Below, in pieces: positions 59,110-64,000 of a stretch of DNA of 64,000 bases. Source of the DNA: Eledone cirrhosa (Eukaryota); assembly GCA_964016885.1 (NCBI GenBank), contig OZ024744.1:70184001-70248000 (forward strand). The letters run 5' to 3'. The notes under the pieces are model-generated. The model had not been told where the DNA came from. It searched no databases and saw nothing but the letters and a program-made list of their open reading frames with translations. Position 1 is the stretch's first letter. Each line of letters begins with the position of its first letter. The position numbers and the translations under genes are program-made.

Positions 59110-59200
59110 CCAAAGATTTATATGGTTCATTGATTACTAAATGAATATAGTTTTATAATAGATTAAAAGCACTTTACAGTAAAGTTTTCTGGAGTTATTA

Positions 59201-59503
59201 TTATTCAGAATAATAATAAATGAAGACATTCACATAATCAAAATATATGTTTTATTATATATATTTCGAAGGTACTGTGCTGTTTTTTCAGTACGTCCTC
59301 ATCAGATAAAATACATGAATTGATGTATGACATACCTCAACTGGAATTGAACCATCAAGACCGTTGAGGTATGTCATACATCAATTCGTGTATTTTATCT
59401 GATGAGGACGTACTGAAAAAACAGCACAGTACCTTCGAAATATATATAATAAAACATATATTTGGATTATGTGAATGTCTTAATTTATTATTATTATGAA
59501 TAA
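59201..59503. mobile_element. Inverted pLTR-like pair with back-to-back HHRs
   Basis: ~140-bp arms with a spacer at 59342-59362. Confidence 0.85.
59393..59454 (+). ncRNA. Type I HHR (mirror copy at 59250-59311 on the minus strand)
   Basis: ttttat/ataaaa, CTGATGA 59399-405, stem II gga-gtactg/cagtac-ttc, GAAA 59437-40, tatata, TA. Confidence 0.8.
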
Positions 59504-60084
59504 AGTATATAATATATATATATAAATATGTGTGTGTGTGGTGGGGGGGGGGGGGGGGGGTATATGTATATATGCATACATCATAGTTTCTTCTCGTGCC
59601 GTTTTGGAACCAACTCATGTGAAATTACTGCATGTTCTGTTATTGCTGAAAAGACATGACTTATATTCAATGTGCAGCTTTAAATATCCAGCAAATCTTA
59701 CAGGTTTCATCATTATTATAATCGTTGTCGTTATTTTCCGTCAACGTTTCTATGCTGGTATGGGTTGGACGGCTTGTTACGGTCTGAAGTAGTTCTTATC
59801 CGGAATTACCGCCTTCCTATACAACATGTTCTTCATGGCGGATGCTCTTCGTAAATCCAAACACTTTGATGAGCATACTTGCAGCATTACACAGTGATGC
59901 AACCACTAGAAAGGTTACTGTGACCTCGCAAGAATAAAGAGCACCCTTTGACCTATGTTGCCTCCTGCCCGTTCGTTAGCTACTTTACAAGGCGTACTGG
60001 GTGCAATTTATCAATACACATATACACACACGAGCAAGTATATAACTAACAAATAGTTTATCACTCTACATGGTTGAATATAAT

Positions 60085-60397
60085 AAATGTAATCTGAGAT
60101 TTTCGAATATCAATAATAATTATTTCTACTTTTGGCACAAGACCAGTAATTATCAGTGTATTACTGGTACTTTATTTTATCGACCCCGTAAGGATGAAAG
60201 GCAGGATTTGAACTCGGAATGGCAAGGGCCGTAACTCTATGCGTCAAAGCATGGCGTCTGACCTCTACCGATACTGCCAATCCACTGCCCCTCGAATATC
60301 AATAATAATATTCGATTCGTTTGCAATTATGTAATGTTTATAATTGCAAACGAATCAAATATTATTATTGATATTCAAAAAACTCAGATTACATTTA
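60085..60397. repeat. Foldback element interrupted by a SINE with an 18-bp TSD
   Basis: tcgaatatcaataataat at 60103-60120 and 60292-60309; arms aaatgtaatctgag/ctcagattacattt. Confidence 0.8.
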
Positions 60398-60400
60398 GTT

Positions 60401-60482
<82 letters not shown>

Positions 60483-60489
<7 letters not shown>

Positions 60490-60587
60490 GGTAAACAGAA
60501 ATAACAACACAATCGGTACAGTATATGGAAGGGATATATTAGGTTAACGCTTGATATAGCAGGAAGAGGGTCTTAACGTTTCGTACG

Positions 60588-60590
<3 letters not shown>
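60483..60590 (-). repeat. Short pLTR-like fragment (copy 58175-58244; relative 47845-47960)
   Basis: gtaaaaggtaaacagaaataacaac is shared. The minus strand starts just before a GAAA, and the 47845 relative retains CTGACGA. Confidence 0.5.
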
Positions 60591-60621
<31 letters not shown>

Positions 60622-61134
60622 CGGGTACTATGCTAGTATTTTAAAAAACACTTTATTTCTGCATCTGTACTTTTTCCTCGTTGTGAATTTAAAAAAAAAT
60701 TATACTTCTAAGGACACGGCAAAATTCAGCGTCCGGGGCGCCACCAACCCTACAACTGGCACTGGCTCTGTTGGGGGCTATTGGAGTAGGGAGTGATCCT
60801 GACAGAGGACTTATAGTAAAGAGGACTAAGCCTTTGTGAGATTTCTAAAACGTGATGCTTATATCATTTGGGCAAAGTTGATAGTATATTTTCCATATTG
60901 CATAAATGACGTTTATGGCGACGTTTCAGAGACTTGTGTCTGTAGGTTTTCGAAGCGACCCCAGAAATCTAGGCCTGTCATGTTACTTATTTTTGCTTTT
61001 TGTAAATTGTTCTTCCGGGGGTGCCTGAATTTTCGTGATGTATATTTTTTAGGGGGATATAGGGCAGGCGATAGGGGGTAAGAGTGTCTAATGTAAGAAC
61101 GGGTAGAAATTTGGTGATGGAAGGCTAGAACGCA

Positions 61135-61222
61135 TGATGATTACGATGATGATGATAACGATGGTGATGGTGATGATGATGATGATGATGATGATGATGA
61201 GGAGGAGGAGGAGGAGGAAGAA

Positions 61223-61257
<35 letters not shown>

Positions 61258-61386
61258 CATCTGGATCTCGTATATATCTGTGTATTATAGTTGTATATGT
61301 ATGCATACATGTGTCTATGTGTGTGTGTCTTTGTGTGTGTACGTGTGAATAAGTGTGTGTGTATGTGAGTGAGTGCGTATGTGTGT

Positions 61387-61473
<87 letters not shown>

Positions 61474-61617
61474 ATATATATATATACAACAGTTATATAT
61501 AACCTATATAATATATATTATGCTTGTATTCAATATATACGTATACATATATGCATGTGCAATTATACACACACACACACATATCCCATCCCCCCATATA
61601 TATATATATGTGTGTGT

Positions 61618-61686
<69 letters not shown>

Positions 61687-61687
61687 T
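61135..61687. repeat. Trinucleotide microsatellites (GAT)n/(GAG)n at 61135-61257 and (GTA)n at 61618-61687
   Basis: Direct inspection. Confidence 0.95.
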
Positions 61688-61907
61688 CCAACACTATCCC
61701 TAAAGAAATCAAAGAAATCAAGGTAGAAAACAAGCACCATCACATTTTAAGATATACCTAGGCTGCGGTTATTTGCCTCATAACCGCCGATATCCAAGTA
61801 AACAACTCCATACTACAACGTGCTATCGTTACCAAAATATGTGCTGATTATTTTTGTGAAGAAAGGATAGAAGAAGCGAAAATAGCTGAGCAGAGTCCCC
61901 GCAGGAA

Positions 61908-61946
<39 letters not shown>

Positions 61947-61982
61947 TGTGAGAAAAACTACAGACCCTCCATCTCAACTCTA

Positions 61983-62020
61983 CTTTTGAAAAGCAGAAGA
62001 ACTGCGAAACCGGTAAAGGA
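61983..62020 (+). ncRNA. Decayed HHR upstream of the family B tail
   Basis: ctt-TTGAAAA (two changes from CTGAAGA)-gcag(aagaa)ctgc-GAAA-ccgg-TA-aag. Confidence 0.55.
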
Positions 62021-62152
62021 ACCAAATAAATATATATATTTTTTTTTAAATAAGACTCCAGTTGCATTTTCGATTTCATCTTTTTTTCTTTATACTTTCA
62101 CTCGTGTAGGGCACCTCGGTTATTTTTCATCTTGTAAAAAAACTCCTCACTT

Positions 62153-62261
<109 letters not shown>

Positions 62262-63682
62262 AATAAACCTTCACATTCTGAATATGGCGTGTGAAGAAAA
62301 TTTTGAGTCAACTAAGACTAACCTCGTAATTTCAGTAGCGAATCTCTCTCACTGCGGGAGTTGTTGATGTATTGAAAGGGAAAGAACTCGTATAGCCTCA
62401 GCTGATCTAAGTTTTTGGAGTATTTGTAGACAATGCAAGTTAACCTTTTTTTCTTACGCTCTCCTAAGGTAATTTCACCTCAACCGTTTGTCGACACAAT
62501 TTACGTGTAATTCTTTTTTCCATTTCTGTATATGTTTGATCATATATTAGTATAGCCAGCGTGCTAATTGAATATGCTTCGCTTAGGTGATCTAATGAGA
62601 AGCAAGACTCAGTTTATGTGTGTACAGAGAGACAAACACACATACATATACATACATGCACACATACATACATAATGTGTACTTACATACATACATATAC
62701 ACAAACACATACATACGTATATACATACATACATACACATACATAAACACATTTATACATACATATACATACATACATGCATACATACGTACATACGGAC
62801 ATACATACATACATAAATACATTCATGCATGCATACATACATACATACACACACACATACATAAATACATACATGCATGCATACAAACATACACACATAC
62901 ACACACACATACATACACACATTCATACATACATATATACATACACCATTCGTTCACCCTTCTTCAGAATAACTATGGTGTTCCTGCTTAGCGATGCATC
63001 AAGTTGCTCGGAAGGAGTGGAGAAGGTTCGAGAACATCTGGTGCTTTTATCATTGTCTTCTTTTATGGACGGCATTGCCGTTATTTTCGAAAAAAAAGTA
63101 AACAAGCAAAGTGTTTCGCTATAATTATTCTGGCAATGTCGACACAGCACCAAATTCCAAATATATATCAACTCTCTATTATAAGTTCGTGGATATGATT
63201 ATTATTGGACTGCACAGCGCATTGTGTGTTTTTGAGCAAGTGTGTTCATTAGTTTTCGTTAAAATATCCAAGAAATCTTTGATGAGAGGCAATAGGCCAG
63301 TTAAACATACATCAATGTGAGGTGTAAATTTCATTTATATAATGGAAATATAGAGTGTGAGAAGAAGGAACGAACATTTCTTTGTATATTCTGTCAGCCA
63401 TTTTGGAGAAATTGTGGTCACAGTAGGTATCTTATATATATATATATATATATAAATGAAAGGTATAGAAAATATTGTAGCATAAAGCCAACAGTATTCC
63501 ATAATATATAAGTGACTATAGCGTCAAAATGGGAAAAATAGTTAACGTAACATGTGGGAAAATAATTCAAACTCAACTCAAAAAGAATCAGGATATAGAT
63601 TCATCCACAGAATTTAGTGAAATCCATGGAAAAATCAATAGAGCCTTAACTCAGAATAAAATAAAGTTTACAATACTCATCC

Positions 63683-63750
<68 letters not shown>

Positions 63751-63799
63751 GTATGTATGTATGTATTTGTTTTGCAAGGTTTTTGATATGAAGTAAGTA

Positions 63800-63847
<48 letters not shown>

Positions 63848-64000
63848 AAAAGGTATGACCTCGACCTCAGAGCTCAAGCCGTTTCGACGGCTATTTCTGG
63901 ACTCTGCCGTCGGGGTCATACCTTTTCCTATTTCCCAATCTACTACCCTAAGTATTGAGTACTCTGGTGCGTTATGGTCCATCTGGTTCCTTACCACAAT

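Overview
Eukaryotic, repeat-saturated window with no host gene I can support. The mix of very long (TA)n/(TACA)n/(CA)n microsatellites, RTE LINEs and Meta/CORE-type SINEs looks like an invertebrate genome, probably cephalopod/mollusc (inference). Almost all ORFs in the supplied track are microsatellite artefacts. Real content: a near full-length but disabled Tx1/L1-type LINE (5756-11573) plus two 3' fragments, several RTE fragments, an R4/Dong-like 3' end, Penelope-like (PLE) RT and GIY-YIG relics, tRNA-SINEs, hAT and Tigger-like MITEs, and a 200-nt N gap. The main signal is a high density of type I hammerhead ribozyme (HHR) motifs from about nine unrelated sequence families, mostly in PLE 3'/pLTR-like pieces and foldback elements inserted in microsatellites. 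The best example is a near-identical 469-bp tandem array (13191-16552: five units one way, about 2.2 inverted) with one HHR per unit, a candidate retrozyme/circRNA-producing locus. Structures were folded by eye and no searches were run.
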